From positions 26,580-90,579 of the IMG/VR virus record IMGVR_UViG_3300038673_000493: a stretch of DNA of 64,000 nt; one strand, given 5' to 3'. Each line of letters begins with the position of its first letter. Position 1 is the first letter of the stretch. This stretch comes from a virus (Duplodnaviria; Caudoviricetes). Under the pieces are notes generated by a model that saw nothing but the letters and a program-made list of their open reading frames with translations, had not been told where the DNA came from and did no database searches. This document shows positions 1-8,797 of the stretch, piece after piece. Made by a program: the position numbers and the translations under genes.

Positions 1-99
1 ATTGATCTTTCCATCGAAGATGATTTATCCGATGAAGAAAAAGCAAATCGCATTCAAGAAATCATCGAAGAAATTGAAGGATATGGAATTGGATTATGA
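1..99 (+). CDS. 3' end of an acidic protein, partial, cut by the window edge
   Basis: Frame 1 reads IDLSIEDDLSDEEKANRIQEIIEEIEGYGIGL*; the stop overlaps the next ATG (ATGA). Confidence 0.6.
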   Translation: MDLSIEDDLSDEEKANRIQEIIEEIEGYGIGL

Positions 100-386
100 A
101 AATTGGAGTGGATATTGACGGAACTCTTACCACAAGTAGTGTAGGATGGGATTACGAAAATCGAATCCCTAATCATGAAATGATTGCTTGGGTAAATAAA
201 CATTTTGAAAAAGGAGATTTCATTGAATTGTTTACTTCACGATTGCCATGTGATCGTGCAGTTACAAAAAAGTGGTTAAAGAAACATGGAATCAAATATA
301 ATAATCTTATTTTAGGGAAACCAAAATATGATCTTTATGTAGGGGATGAAGTAAAAAGACCTGAGGAGGTATTATTATGCAAATAA
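96..386 (+). CDS. HAD-superfamily phosphatase (small, phage type)
   Basis: N-terminal hhhDxDGT motif (IGVDIDGTL), FTSR motif II, KP-x-YDLYVGD motifs III/IV. Confidence 0.8.
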   Translation: MKIGVDIDGTLTTSSVGWDYENRIPNHEMIAWVNKHFEKGDFIELFTSRLPCDRAVTKKWLKKHGIKYNNLILGKPKYDLYVGDEVKRPEEVLLCK

Positions 387-700
387 AAGAATGTAAAACA
401 AATTGTTTATTTTATGAAATGGGTGAATATTGTGCATCTCCTATAGCAGATAGAGATGATGTTATTGGAACAGAAATGTTCTGTAGCCAATACATCCCAA
501 TTAATGAATTTAAAAAAGAAATACCGCATATTAAATATATCATTGCATTGGATGAATCGGACAAAGGACAGTTACTGGAAAAAATTCCTGAATTAAAAGG
601 AAAAGTAATTACCTTAAAAGAAAAAAAGAAATTAAAAATTCGTTTAAAAGATAAGGGAGTTTTCCCTATGTATGAAGGAAATGAATTTTATGGTTTATAA
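377..700 (+). CDS. hypothetical protein, Cys-rich N-terminus
   Basis: 107-aa ORF packed in the operon. Confidence 0.6.
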   Translation: MQIKECKTNCLFYEMGEYCASPIADRDDVIGTEMFCSQYIPINEFKKEIPHIKYIIALDESDKGQLLEKIPELKGKVITLKEKKKLKIRLKDKGVFPMYEGNEFYGL

Positions 701-714
701 AGGAAAAATTTAAA

Positions 715-1572
715 ATGACAACTAAACTTTTTCTTGATTCAGGAGCATATTCCGCATATCAGAATAAAACAATTGTTGATATTTATGAATACATGGATTT
801 TATCAAGAAGCATGAAAAAGAAATAACTACTTATGCAAATCTTGATTCTATAGGTTCCGCAGAAGAAACTTGGAAGAATCAGAGAATAATGGAACAACAC
901 GGATTCAATCCCATTCCTGTTTATCATTTAGATGAGGATAATAAATATCTTGATATGTGTTTGAAATATCCTTATTTTGCTGTCGGAGGATTAGCTTCTG
1001 CAAAGGGCAAATCGTTAAAACCTTTTCTGAAAAAAGTATTTGTAAAAGTATGTCCTGAAAGTAATAATTATTATCCCATCTGTAAAGTTCATGGTTTTGG
1101 AATAGCTACTCCTGAAATCATTACTTTTTTTCCCTGGTACAGTATTGATACTACTTCTTGGGTTCAATACGGACGATACGGAATTATACTTGTTCCCAGA
1201 GTAGAGTTTGGAAATATAACATACAAAAAACCACCTATGTCAGTAGCAATTTCTTCAAAATCAAAAGCTATTGGTGACATAAAACATTTTAGACATTGCC
1301 GTGAAAAAGATGAAGTAATGGAATATTGTAGGATTAAAAATTTTCCTATTGGCAAAACTTTGACAAAGAAAGTTAATCCTGGTTATGAATTAAAAGAAAA
1401 TGAATCTTGGATTGATAGAAAAACAAAAGATAAAGTACAAGTGATTATTGAAAGAGGATTGTGTTGTGATGGGGAAATGCGGGATGCTTTGAATTTACAG
1501 TATTTTTTGGATCTTGAAAAACATATTCCTAAATATCCTTGGCAATATAAACATATTCCTAGAGTTGACTGA
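715..1572 (+). CDS. dpdA: TGT-fold, DpdA-like guanine transglycosylase (candidate 7-deazaguanine DNA modification)
   Basis: LFLDSGAYS, YANLD, VHGFG and SIDTTSW motifs typical of phage TGT/DpdA-like proteins. Confidence 0.7.
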   Translation: MTTKLFLDSGAYSAYQNKTIVDIYEYMDFIKKHEKEITTYANLDSIGSAEETWKNQRIMEQHGFNPIPVYHLDEDNKYLDMCLKYPYFAVGGLASAKGKSLKPFLKKVFVKVCPESNNYYPICKVHGFGIATPEIITFFPWYSIDTTSWVQYGRYGIILVPRVEFGNITYKKPPMSVAISSKSKAIGDIKHFRHCREKDEVMEYCRIKNFPIGKTLTKKVNPGYELKENESWIDRKTKDKVQVIIERGLCCDGEMRDALNLQYFLDLEKHIPKYPWQYKHIPRVD

Positions 1573-1590
1573 AAATTTTCAAAAAAATTC

Positions 1591-1606
1591 TGCTATAATT
1601 AAAATA
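1591..1606 (+). promoter_or_regulatory. extended -10 promoter element TGCTATAAT
   Basis: TG-n-TATAAT; identical 16-mer TGCTATAATTAAAATA at 8091-8106; followed by an AAGGAG RBS. Confidence 0.6.
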
Positions 1607-1633
1607 GAAAATAAAAATAAAGGAGAAACCAAA

Positions 1634-2062
1634 ATGCATAAACAAGAAAAATTGTTAAATGCAATTATAAAATCTATCAAACATTGGGAAAAAGATATTC
1701 TTGAAAAGTTAAAAGATGGAGATCGAGCATTCTTAAATTCTTCAGGAATACTTTTTTGGGAAGTTGATGAAACAGAAATTCCTTGTTATGAAAAAAATTG
1801 TCCTTTATGTTTGCATCGTGATAAATATTCAATTTCAGATACCTGTCATGAATGTCCATTATTTGAATGCACCAAAATAGATTGCAATGAATCAGGAAGT
1901 TCTTGGAGTAATTGGTTAACACATCCAAGTGAAAAAACAGCTAATGCGATGATCAGAGATTTAAAGAAAACTTTATTATGGTATTTGCAAGAATTGAAAA
2001 TAAGTGGTGAAATTTATGAGAAAAGAATTTCAGATATTAGGAGTAAATACGGGAAGGATTAA
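1634..2062 (+). CDS. Cys-rich hypothetical protein
   Basis: AAGGAG RBS before ATG 1634; CPLC and CHECPL motifs. Confidence 0.7.
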   Translation: MHKQEKLLNAIIKSIKHWEKDILEKLKDGDRAFLNSSGILFWEVDETEIPCYEKNCPLCLHRDKYSISDTCHECPLFECTKIDCNESGSSWSNWLTHPSEKTANAMIRDLKKTLLWYLQELKISGEIYEKRISDIRSKYGKD

Positions 2063-2078
2063 TTTAAAGGAAAGTAAT

Positions 2079-2204
2079 ATGAGACATGATGACTCGGATC
2101 AAAATGCAGAATATGCCAGATTGAAAAATCTGGAATCGTATGAAATCGAACGGAAAGAAAAAGAAGCCAAACAAAAAGAAAAAGAATCGGAAGATAACGA
2201 TTGA
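2079..2204 (+). CDS. small charged hypothetical protein (41 aa)
   Basis: ATG after AAGGAAAG; fills the intergenic gap. Confidence 0.45.
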   Translation: MRHDDSDQNAEYARLKNLESYEIERKEKEAKQKEKESEDND

Positions 2205-2246
2205 AAATTTCACGTTGATATGCTAACTATAGTTAGTGAGGTGATT

Positions 2247-3194
2247 ATGCAGCCAGAGATGGAATTTGATAAAAAAAATGGCAGTAAACTAACCATTGAA
2301 AATCAAGATGTATATTTTTACACATCAGAAAATATGCCTTTTATAAAAGATGGTTCTGTTAATTTATTTATAACAAGTCCGCCATATTGGAACTTGAAGA
2401 ATTATGGAGGAACACCTAATCAAATTGGGAGAGAACCTTATGAAACTTATTTAGAACGCTTAAATAAAGTATGGCGTGAATGTTTCAGGGTTGCTAAAGA
2501 TAATAGCGTTCTTATCATAAATATTAATTCAAGAAGAGTAGACAAACGGTTTTATCCTATAGCCCTTGATATATACAAAGAAATGAAATTGTGGAAATTA
2601 TGGGATGTGCTAATTTGGTATATTCCGAATGCATTACCACAATGTAAACACTACATGAATAGATTATTTGATAATAAATTTGAGTATCTTTTAATATTTA
2701 CCAAAGGTGATCCAGAAAAACATACTTTTCATAAGCCACGGGTTCCTCAAAAATATGCCACAGCCGATCCACGGCAACATAAAAAAAACAACGCCGGTCG
2801 ATGCATAGGAAACGTATTTAGGATAGCTGCATATAGACCTCCAAATGTCAAACAATTAAGTTATCATGTGGCTGCGTATCCTGAAGAATTAGTTGCTTTT
2901 ATGCTAGAGACGTATACTAACTCCAATGATATAGTTTTAGATCCCTTCCTTGGGAGCGGTACAACTTTAAAAGTCGCCAAGGCCATGAATCGAAAGGGAA
3001 TTGGCTTTGAGTTAAATGATAATTATAAGGAATTGATTGAGGAAAAAATTAAAGAATATTGGGAACCGCCCGACTGGAAGAAACTGGACATAATTCATTC
3101 ATCGACTATGAATACAGGTCTAAAGACCCCTCGAAAGATTCAATTCAAGAAAAATAATGATCTAGTGATAATAGATAACCAGAGTTTATTTTAG
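2247..3194 (+). CDS. DNA N4-cytosine/N6-adenine methyltransferase, beta class
   Basis: TSPPYW catalytic motif precedes VLDPFLGSGTT SAM motif; GAGGTG RBS before ATG 2247. Confidence 0.92.
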   Translation: MQPEMEFDKKNGSKLTIENQDVYFYTSENMPFIKDGSVNLFITSPPYWNLKNYGGTPNQIGREPYETYLERLNKVWRECFRVAKDNSVLIININSRRVDKRFYPIALDIYKEMKLWKLWDVLIWYIPNALPQCKHYMNRLFDNKFEYLLIFTKGDPEKHTFHKPRVPQKYATADPRQHKKNNAGRCIGNVFRIAAYRPPNVKQLSYHVAAYPEELVAFMLETYTNSNDIVLDPFLGSGTTLKVAKAMNRKGIGFELNDNYKELIEEKIKEYWEPPDWKKLDIIHSSTMNTGLKTPRKIQFKKNNDLVIIDNQSLF

Positions 3195-3297
3195 AAACAC
3201 TAAAACTTTACCAGCTTCAATGCCTGGTTTTAGATTTCTTTTAAAAATTATATTGTTTTTATATCTTGAAAGAAACGGTCAAAATTATTGAAAGTAG

Positions 3298-3513
3298 GTG
3301 ATTACAATCATTCTATACTTATCCGGTAATTTCCCTCAATTATCAAAGATTGAGAAAGAACAAAAGATGGCTGAAAACAATCAAAGAAAAGGAGCAGGAT
3401 ACCATCGTCTTATGACTTTCTATTATAAAAAAGATTGTCATACGATTCTGCAAGTGGCTAAAAATATCAAACCAAAAATAACTTTACATAGGAGAATCAA
3501 AGATGAGGATTGA
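3298..3513 (+). CDS. small protein resembling the N-terminal strands of TGT/DpdA-like proteins
   Basis: LYLSG...HRLMTFYY pattern; stop overlaps the clamp gene start. Confidence 0.5.
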   Translation: MITIILYLSGNFPQLSKIEKEQKMAENNQRKGAGYHRLMTFYYKKDCHTILQVAKNIKPKITLHRRIKDED

Positions 3514-4537
3514 TACCAGAGAATTGAGAAATATTTTGTCATTGTTAAGACCAGCTCTTAACAAAAGAGAGCTTGCCCAACAAACAAGTCATTTTATTTT
3601 CTTCAAGGATAAAATTGCTGTTTTCGATACAAAAATCTGCATAACACATCCGTTTGAAAGTGATTATGTATTTTCAATCAAAGGAGAAGAATTTCATCGT
3701 TTGATAAATGGAATTTCGGAAGATGAATTAACTTTAACTATCGATGATAAAAAAACAAAAGCAGAGATACGAACGGATTCAACTTCCTCAACAATGAAAT
3801 TGCTTGATGAAGATCAGGATAAGTATTCTGAAAAAATAAAAAGTCTTGAAAAGAAAATGGGGAAATGGAAAAAACTTCCCAAAGATTTTATTGAAGCTCT
3901 TTCATTATGCAGTTTCACCACATCAACTGATTTAACAGAAGGAGTAAGGACTTGTATTTGCTTCAAAGATAATTATGCTTATTCTTGTGATGGTCATAGA
4001 GTAAGCAGATATAAATTATCGGAGTCTGCGGAAGATGATATAAATGTACCAATCAGAGCCGCTTTAGAACTTATAAAATTTCCTGTAACTGAATATTGTT
4101 TTAGTGGAGAATGGCTTTGTTTCAGAACGGACGAAGATGTGACTTTTTCTTGTTTAGCAATCAATGGAGATTTTCCTTTTGAGAAGATTTCAAAGCCCTT
4201 CAAAGAATTAGAAGAATTATCCACAATTGAACTGCCTGAAGAATTGAAACAAACAATCGATGAAACATTAATGCTTGCTTCAGAAGATACGGCATTCGCT
4301 GGTAAAATAATCACCCTTCATCTTGAAAACAATGAGATACTAGTGACAGCATCTAATGATCTGGGAAACGTCAGCAAACGAGTTTCTTTTGATTATGAAG
4401 AAACACCAATTGATATTAAAATCAATTCTAGTTTCTTATACCAAATTTTAAACAAATCAACGGAAATGTATATCGGAGAAATGATATTTTTTGTAACTCC
4501 TAATTTTCAACACTTCATGGTTAAACGAATAGGATAA
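3503..4537 (+). CDS. dnaN: DNA polymerase sliding clamp (beta-clamp-like)
   Basis: 344 aa, YAYSCDGHRVS (cf. ATDGHRL) and GDFP motifs; adjacent to polymerase and clamp loader. Confidence 0.8.
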   Translation: MRIDTRELRNILSLLRPALNKRELAQQTSHFIFFKDKIAVFDTKICITHPFESDYVFSIKGEEFHRLINGISEDELTLTIDDKKTKAEIRTDSTSSTMKLLDEDQDKYSEKIKSLEKKMGKWKKLPKDFIEALSLCSFTTSTDLTEGVRTCICFKDNYAYSCDGHRVSRYKLSESAEDDINVPIRAALELIKFPVTEYCFSGEWLCFRTDEDVTFSCLAINGDFPFEKISKPFKELEELSTIELPEELKQTIDETLMLASEDTAFAGKIITLHLENNEILVTASNDLGNVSKRVSFDYEETPIDIKINSSFLYQILNKSTEMYIGEMIFFVTPNFQHFMVKRIG

Positions 4538-4540
4538 ATA

Positions 4541-7132
4541 ATGATTCCATCATTTTTTGATGATGATGATTTTATCACCACATCAACAAGCCATCTTTGT
4601 GCTGAATGCAAAAAAGATGTTCGTAGTCGATATAAAAAATTACCCGCAATAGGGGATGGTAAAGTAAGTACATTAATTGTAACGGATACTTTTTTAGACT
4701 TACCTGAATCGTCTAGTGGTAAACATATCGGAGACGGAGAAAAATGGTTTGAAAAGCAACTGAAGAAACGCAGACTTGATTTGTTTTCTGATTTTTGGAT
4801 TATCGGGACAACTCTTTGCAGATCAATTCATGATTACACCAAGCAAGATATAACATATTGTTTTCCAAACATTCTAAATTTTATCAGAGAGCATAAACCT
4901 AAGTTTGTTGTTCTATTAGGAGAAAAAGCAATCGAATCATGGTTTCAATCTCGCTTTTCAAATCTGTCAAGAGAAAGATGGAATAATGTATGCATACCTG
5001 ATTTTGAAAGAAAAGTATGGGTTATTCCTCTTTATCATCCTTCTTATGTTGTAAAAAACGAAAATAATTCCTTAATATCTTCTCAATATGAAAGAGGATT
5101 GGATTTTTTAAAAGAATGCATTATTTCAAAACATGATCTAAACACATTGAAAAGACCTAATTTCGATGATGTTATCGTAATGAAAGATTATGATCAGGTT
5201 TGTGAGGAACTTTCTTATGTAATTGAAAAACCACCTAAATGTATTTGCTTTGACTATGAAACAACTGGATTGAAACCTTACAGACAAGGACACAGAATTG
5301 CCTCTATTTCATATTGTTCCAGTTACTTTAAAGCATTTTCATTTCCTTATCAATATCCTTATTGGAAACCTTTTCAGCAAAAAAAGATCAAAGAAAAATG
5401 GAATCAAATTCTGCAAAATGATTCTTTGAAAATAGCTCATAACATAAAATTTGAAGATGTTTGGTCAAGAATCATTTTACAGACACAGCCGAATAATTGG
5501 CATTGGTGTACTATGGTCGGTGCCCATTCAATTGATAATCGTGCTAAATATTCAGGATTAAAATTTCAATCATTCTTGCATTGGGGATTGCCTAATTATG
5601 ACAAAGAAATAAAACCGTATTTAGAATCATTCGATGATACTGGATTCAATCGGGTAATGAAAGCTCCTCTAAACAAACTTCTTTTATATGGTGGAATCGA
5701 TTCTCTTATTACATTCTGGCTTTTCTTCCTTCAGAAAAAAGAAATGAATGATCACATCATGCAAGGATTTGATCTTTTTGTTGAGGGGACTTTAGCTCTA
5801 GCAGATGTTCAAATTCATGGTATAAACGCGGATACCGAATATTATCATAGAACACATACAGAATTGACAGAACGAATAAAAAAGACGGAGAAAGAGCTTT
5901 TACACTATGATGAATGTAAACAATTTGAAAAAGTTTATGGAAGATTGCCTAATTTAGGATCATCCAAAGATTTAGAAATGATGTTCTTTAAGGTTCTTAA
6001 ATTAGAACCAATAAAACTGACAAGTAGTGGCAAAACAAATGCTGTTGATGCCGATGTAATGAGTAAATTAAACACTCCTCTTGCAAAAGCTATTACCGAT
6101 CTATCACGAATTAAAAAAGTTGATGGCACTTACGTTGCTCAATTTATCAGAGAGATTGATGATGATAATCGTATTCATCCTTTCTATGATCTAACAACTG
6201 TTAAAACATATCGTGGAAGTTCTAGCGGTCCTAACTTTCAAAATATTCCTGTAAGAAATGAAGAGGCAAAAAAATATTCACGATCAGGCATTATTCCCTC
6301 ACCAGGATTTAAAATTCTTGACTTTGATTATGGAGCCATTGAAGTAAGAATGGGAGCTTGCTATACAAAAGATCCTGTATTGATTTCATATATCATGGAT
6401 CCATCAACCGATATGCATCGTGATACTGCAATTGATATTTTCTCATTGAAAAAAGCTCCCGCATCTTTTTGGAAAGACAAGAAAACAGGAAATAAATTAA
6501 GATTCTTCACAAAGAATGGATTTGTATTTCCCGAATGGTACGGATCATATTATAAAAATTGTGCTAAAAATATTTGGAGAGAATGTTCTGAAATACTGAC
6601 TCATGAAGGAATTACTGTCAGAGAGCATTTTAAACGAATTGGTAAAGCCACAGATAAAACGGTGCTTGATTATTTTATCAATCACGTTAAAAAAGTAGAA
6701 GATGCTTATTGGAAAAAATTCAAAGTATTCAAACAATGGCAAGATGCTCAATATAAATTTTATGAAGAAACTGGTTTAGTAAAACTGCTGTCTGGTTTTG
6801 AATGTAAAGGATATTTAGGCAGAAATGAAATCGTTAATTATGCTTTTCAAGGAACTGCATTTCATTGTCTGCTTTGGAGTTTGATTCAGATAAACGGAGA
6901 ATTTAAAGCAAGAGGGATGTTATCAAAAATTATCGGACAAATTCATGATTGTTGTGTAATTGATACTCATCCTAAAGAAGAAAAATTAGTTCGACAAATA
7001 GCCTCAGAGATTGCAACAAAACGTATTAAAGAACATTTTAAATGGATTATTGTTCCATTAATTATTGAATGGGAAAATACAGAAATAGATCAATGTTGGT
7101 ATTCTAAAATCGAAACGAGAGAAGAGGAGTAA
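4541..7132 (+). CDS. polA: family A DNA polymerase with N-terminal family-4 UDG-like domain and 3'-5' exonuclease
   Basis: UDG-like CxxC...CR...C and YHPSY; exo DYETTG, HNIKFE, YGGID; pol SSSGPNFQNIP, DYGAIEVR, K..F....YG, QIHD. Confidence 0.93.
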   Translation: MIPSFFDDDDFITTSTSHLCAECKKDVRSRYKKLPAIGDGKVSTLIVTDTFLDLPESSSGKHIGDGEKWFEKQLKKRRLDLFSDFWIIGTTLCRSIHDYTKQDITYCFPNILNFIREHKPKFVVLLGEKAIESWFQSRFSNLSRERWNNVCIPDFERKVWVIPLYHPSYVVKNENNSLISSQYERGLDFLKECIISKHDLNTLKRPNFDDVIVMKDYDQVCEELSYVIEKPPKCICFDYETTGLKPYRQGHRIASISYCSSYFKAFSFPYQYPYWKPFQQKKIKEKWNQILQNDSLKIAHNIKFEDVWSRIILQTQPNNWHWCTMVGAHSIDNRAKYSGLKFQSFLHWGLPNYDKEIKPYLESFDDTGFNRVMKAPLNKLLLYGGIDSLITFWLFFLQKKEMNDHIMQGFDLFVEGTLALADVQIHGINADTEYYHRTHTELTERIKKTEKELLHYDECKQFEKVYGRLPNLGSSKDLEMMFFKVLKLEPIKLTSSGKTNAVDADVMSKLNTPLAKAITDLSRIKKVDGTYVAQFIREIDDDNRIHPFYDLTTVKTYRGSSSGPNFQNIPVRNEEAKKYSRSGIIPSPGFKILDFDYGAIEVRMGACYTKDPVLISYIMDPSTDMHRDTAIDIFSLKKAPASFWKDKKTGNKLRFFTKNGFVFPEWYGSYYKNCAKNIWRECSEILTHEGITVREHFKRIGKATDKTVLDYFINHVKKVEDAYWKKFKVFKQWQDAQYKFYEETGLVKLLSGFECKGYLGRNEIVNYAFQGTAFHCLLWSLIQINGEFKARGMLSKIIGQIHDCCVIDTHPKEEKLVRQIASEIATKRIKEHFKWIIVPLIIEWENTEIDQCWYSKIETREEE

Positions 7133-7135
7133 ATC

Positions 7136-8068
7136 ATGGAATTGAATTTGAAACACCGTCCTAAAAAGATTAAAGACATTTTCGGAAATGAATCTGTAAA
7201 AGAAAGTATCACCAGTATTTTAAACAGAGATCAAGAAAACATTCCTCATGCTTTCTTATTTCACGGTCCTACTGGTACAGGGAAAACAACAATGGCAAGA
7301 ATACTTGCTAATGAGCTAGGATGCCCTGCTGATGAAATTATAGAATATAATACGGCTTCTATGAGAGGAATTGATACCATAAGAAACATTATAGAAGATT
7401 GTGTTTATGCACCTCTTGAGGGCTATTCAAAAGTATATATTCTTGATGAAGTTCACCGACAAACCAAAGATGCTCAAAATGCTTTATTGAAATTAGCAGA
7501 AGAACCACCTAAACAAGTTTACATTATCTTATGCACCACGGATCCTGAAAAATTAATACCTGCTCTTTTAGGAAGATGCACCACATATCAAATGAAACCT
7601 TTAAGACCCACAGAAATGACAAAATTGATTGATCATATTTTAGATGTAGAAGGTTTTGCTCCTACTGAATATCCATCAAGAATAAAAAAAGAAATTATCA
7701 GATTATCAGAATGCTTACCACGAAATGCATTAAAGCTTTTAGATGCTATTATTGATATGCAAGACGAGGATGCCATCATAGATGCTCTTTCTGCCGTATC
7801 TTTAGATACTGTAGAAGCAAAAGAACTATTCAATGCTCTTTTAAAAGGAGAATCATGGGATAATGTTCGTAAGATGGTGAAAACATTACTAGAAGCAAAC
7901 GAACCTGAACAAATAAGGTTAGGTCTTTTAGGGTATATGAGAAATGTTTTGCTTAACTCAAAATCAAATGACAGAGCTTCCTATATCATTGATACTTTTA
8001 GCGAAAATACTTATAACGCAGGAGCATCTTTATTGGTAAACATGTTTTATTCGGTTTGTAAAAAATAA
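7136..8068 (+). CDS. dnaX: clamp-loader AAA+ ATPase (DnaX gamma/tau-like)
   Basis: GPTGTGKTT Walker A, ILDEVH Walker B, AQNALLK, GRC arginine finger. Confidence 0.9.
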   Translation: MELNLKHRPKKIKDIFGNESVKESITSILNRDQENIPHAFLFHGPTGTGKTTMARILANELGCPADEIIEYNTASMRGIDTIRNIIEDCVYAPLEGYSKVYILDEVHRQTKDAQNALLKLAEEPPKQVYIILCTTDPEKLIPALLGRCTTYQMKPLRPTEMTKLIDHILDVEGFAPTEYPSRIKKEIIRLSECLPRNALKLLDAIIDMQDEDAIIDALSAVSLDTVEAKELFNALLKGESWDNVRKMVKTLLEANEPEQIRLGLLGYMRNVLLNSKSNDRASYIIDTFSENTYNAGASLLVNMFYSVCKK

Positions 8069-8090
8069 CCGTAAAAAATGAAGAAAGAAT

Positions 8091-8106
8091 TGCTATAATT
8101 AAAATA
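8091..8106 (+). promoter_or_regulatory. extended -10 promoter element TGCTATAAT
   Basis: Second copy of the 16-mer at 1591; followed by an AAAGGAG RBS. Confidence 0.6.
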
Positions 8107-8121
8107 AGAAAGGAGCTTGCT

Positions 8122-8628
8122 ATGTCATTAAAAGAGGATATGAAATTAGATGTGCAAAATCTTGACAGAGCCGCTTTAGATCAGCCTACCATTTATGCAG
8201 AATGGGGAGAAGCGTGGGCTAAAGCTGTTTTAGAACGAGATAAAATGATTGAAAAAATCACGGCAACAAAAGCAGAATTATTGAAATCTGTAAGAGAGGA
8301 TCCTGGAAAATACGGATGGAAAGAAGATAAAAAACCAGGAGAGAATTGGTTTGCTTCCATTGTTGAATTTCATCCAAGCATCATGAAACTGAAGGAAAAA
8401 CTTCCTGATTTGGAATACGAAGTAAATATGATGAGAGTGGCTAAAGATGATTGTGAACATCGATTGAAGGCATTGGGCATTCTCACCGAATTGTATAAAG
8501 GAAATTACTTTGCGGCTTCTTCAAAAGGAACTCCTTCTTATAGAAAAGCAGAAGATAATTTACAAGACAAGCAACGAGAAAAATTAAATAATAATCCAAG
8601 ACTTAAAAAATTAACAAAAAAGGAATAA
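8122..8628 (+). CDS. recombination mediator (UvsY-like), coiled coil
   Basis: Helical protein between clamp loader and SSB/RecA; size and position as in other phage recombination modules. Confidence 0.55.
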   Translation: MSLKEDMKLDVQNLDRAALDQPTIYAEWGEAWAKAVLERDKMIEKITATKAELLKSVREDPGKYGWKEDKKPGENWFASIVEFHPSIMKLKEKLPDLEYEVNMMRVAKDDCEHRLKALGILTELYKGNYFAASSKGTPSYRKAEDNLQDKQREKLNNNPRLKKLTKKE

Positions 8629-8632
8629 TACA

Positions 8633-8797
8633 ATGGATGTAGAAATACTAAATACTTTAACCAAAGCATTAATAGTTTTGGTTATTATTTTTGTGATAAC
8701 CCCATTGTATTTATATACTTTAGCAAGATTGATTGCCTTGGCTATTATGAGATCAATTGACCAAATAAAAAAAGAATGGAGGAAAGAAAGTTTATGA
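8633..8797 (+). CDS. small membrane protein (54 aa)
   Basis: MDVEILNTLTKALIVLVIIFVITPLYLYTLARLIALAIMRSIDQIKKEWRKESL*; AAGGA RBS; stop overlaps the SSB ATG. Confidence 0.65.
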   Translation: MDVEILNTLTKALIVLVIIFVITPLYLYTLARLIALAIMRSIDQIKKEWRKESL

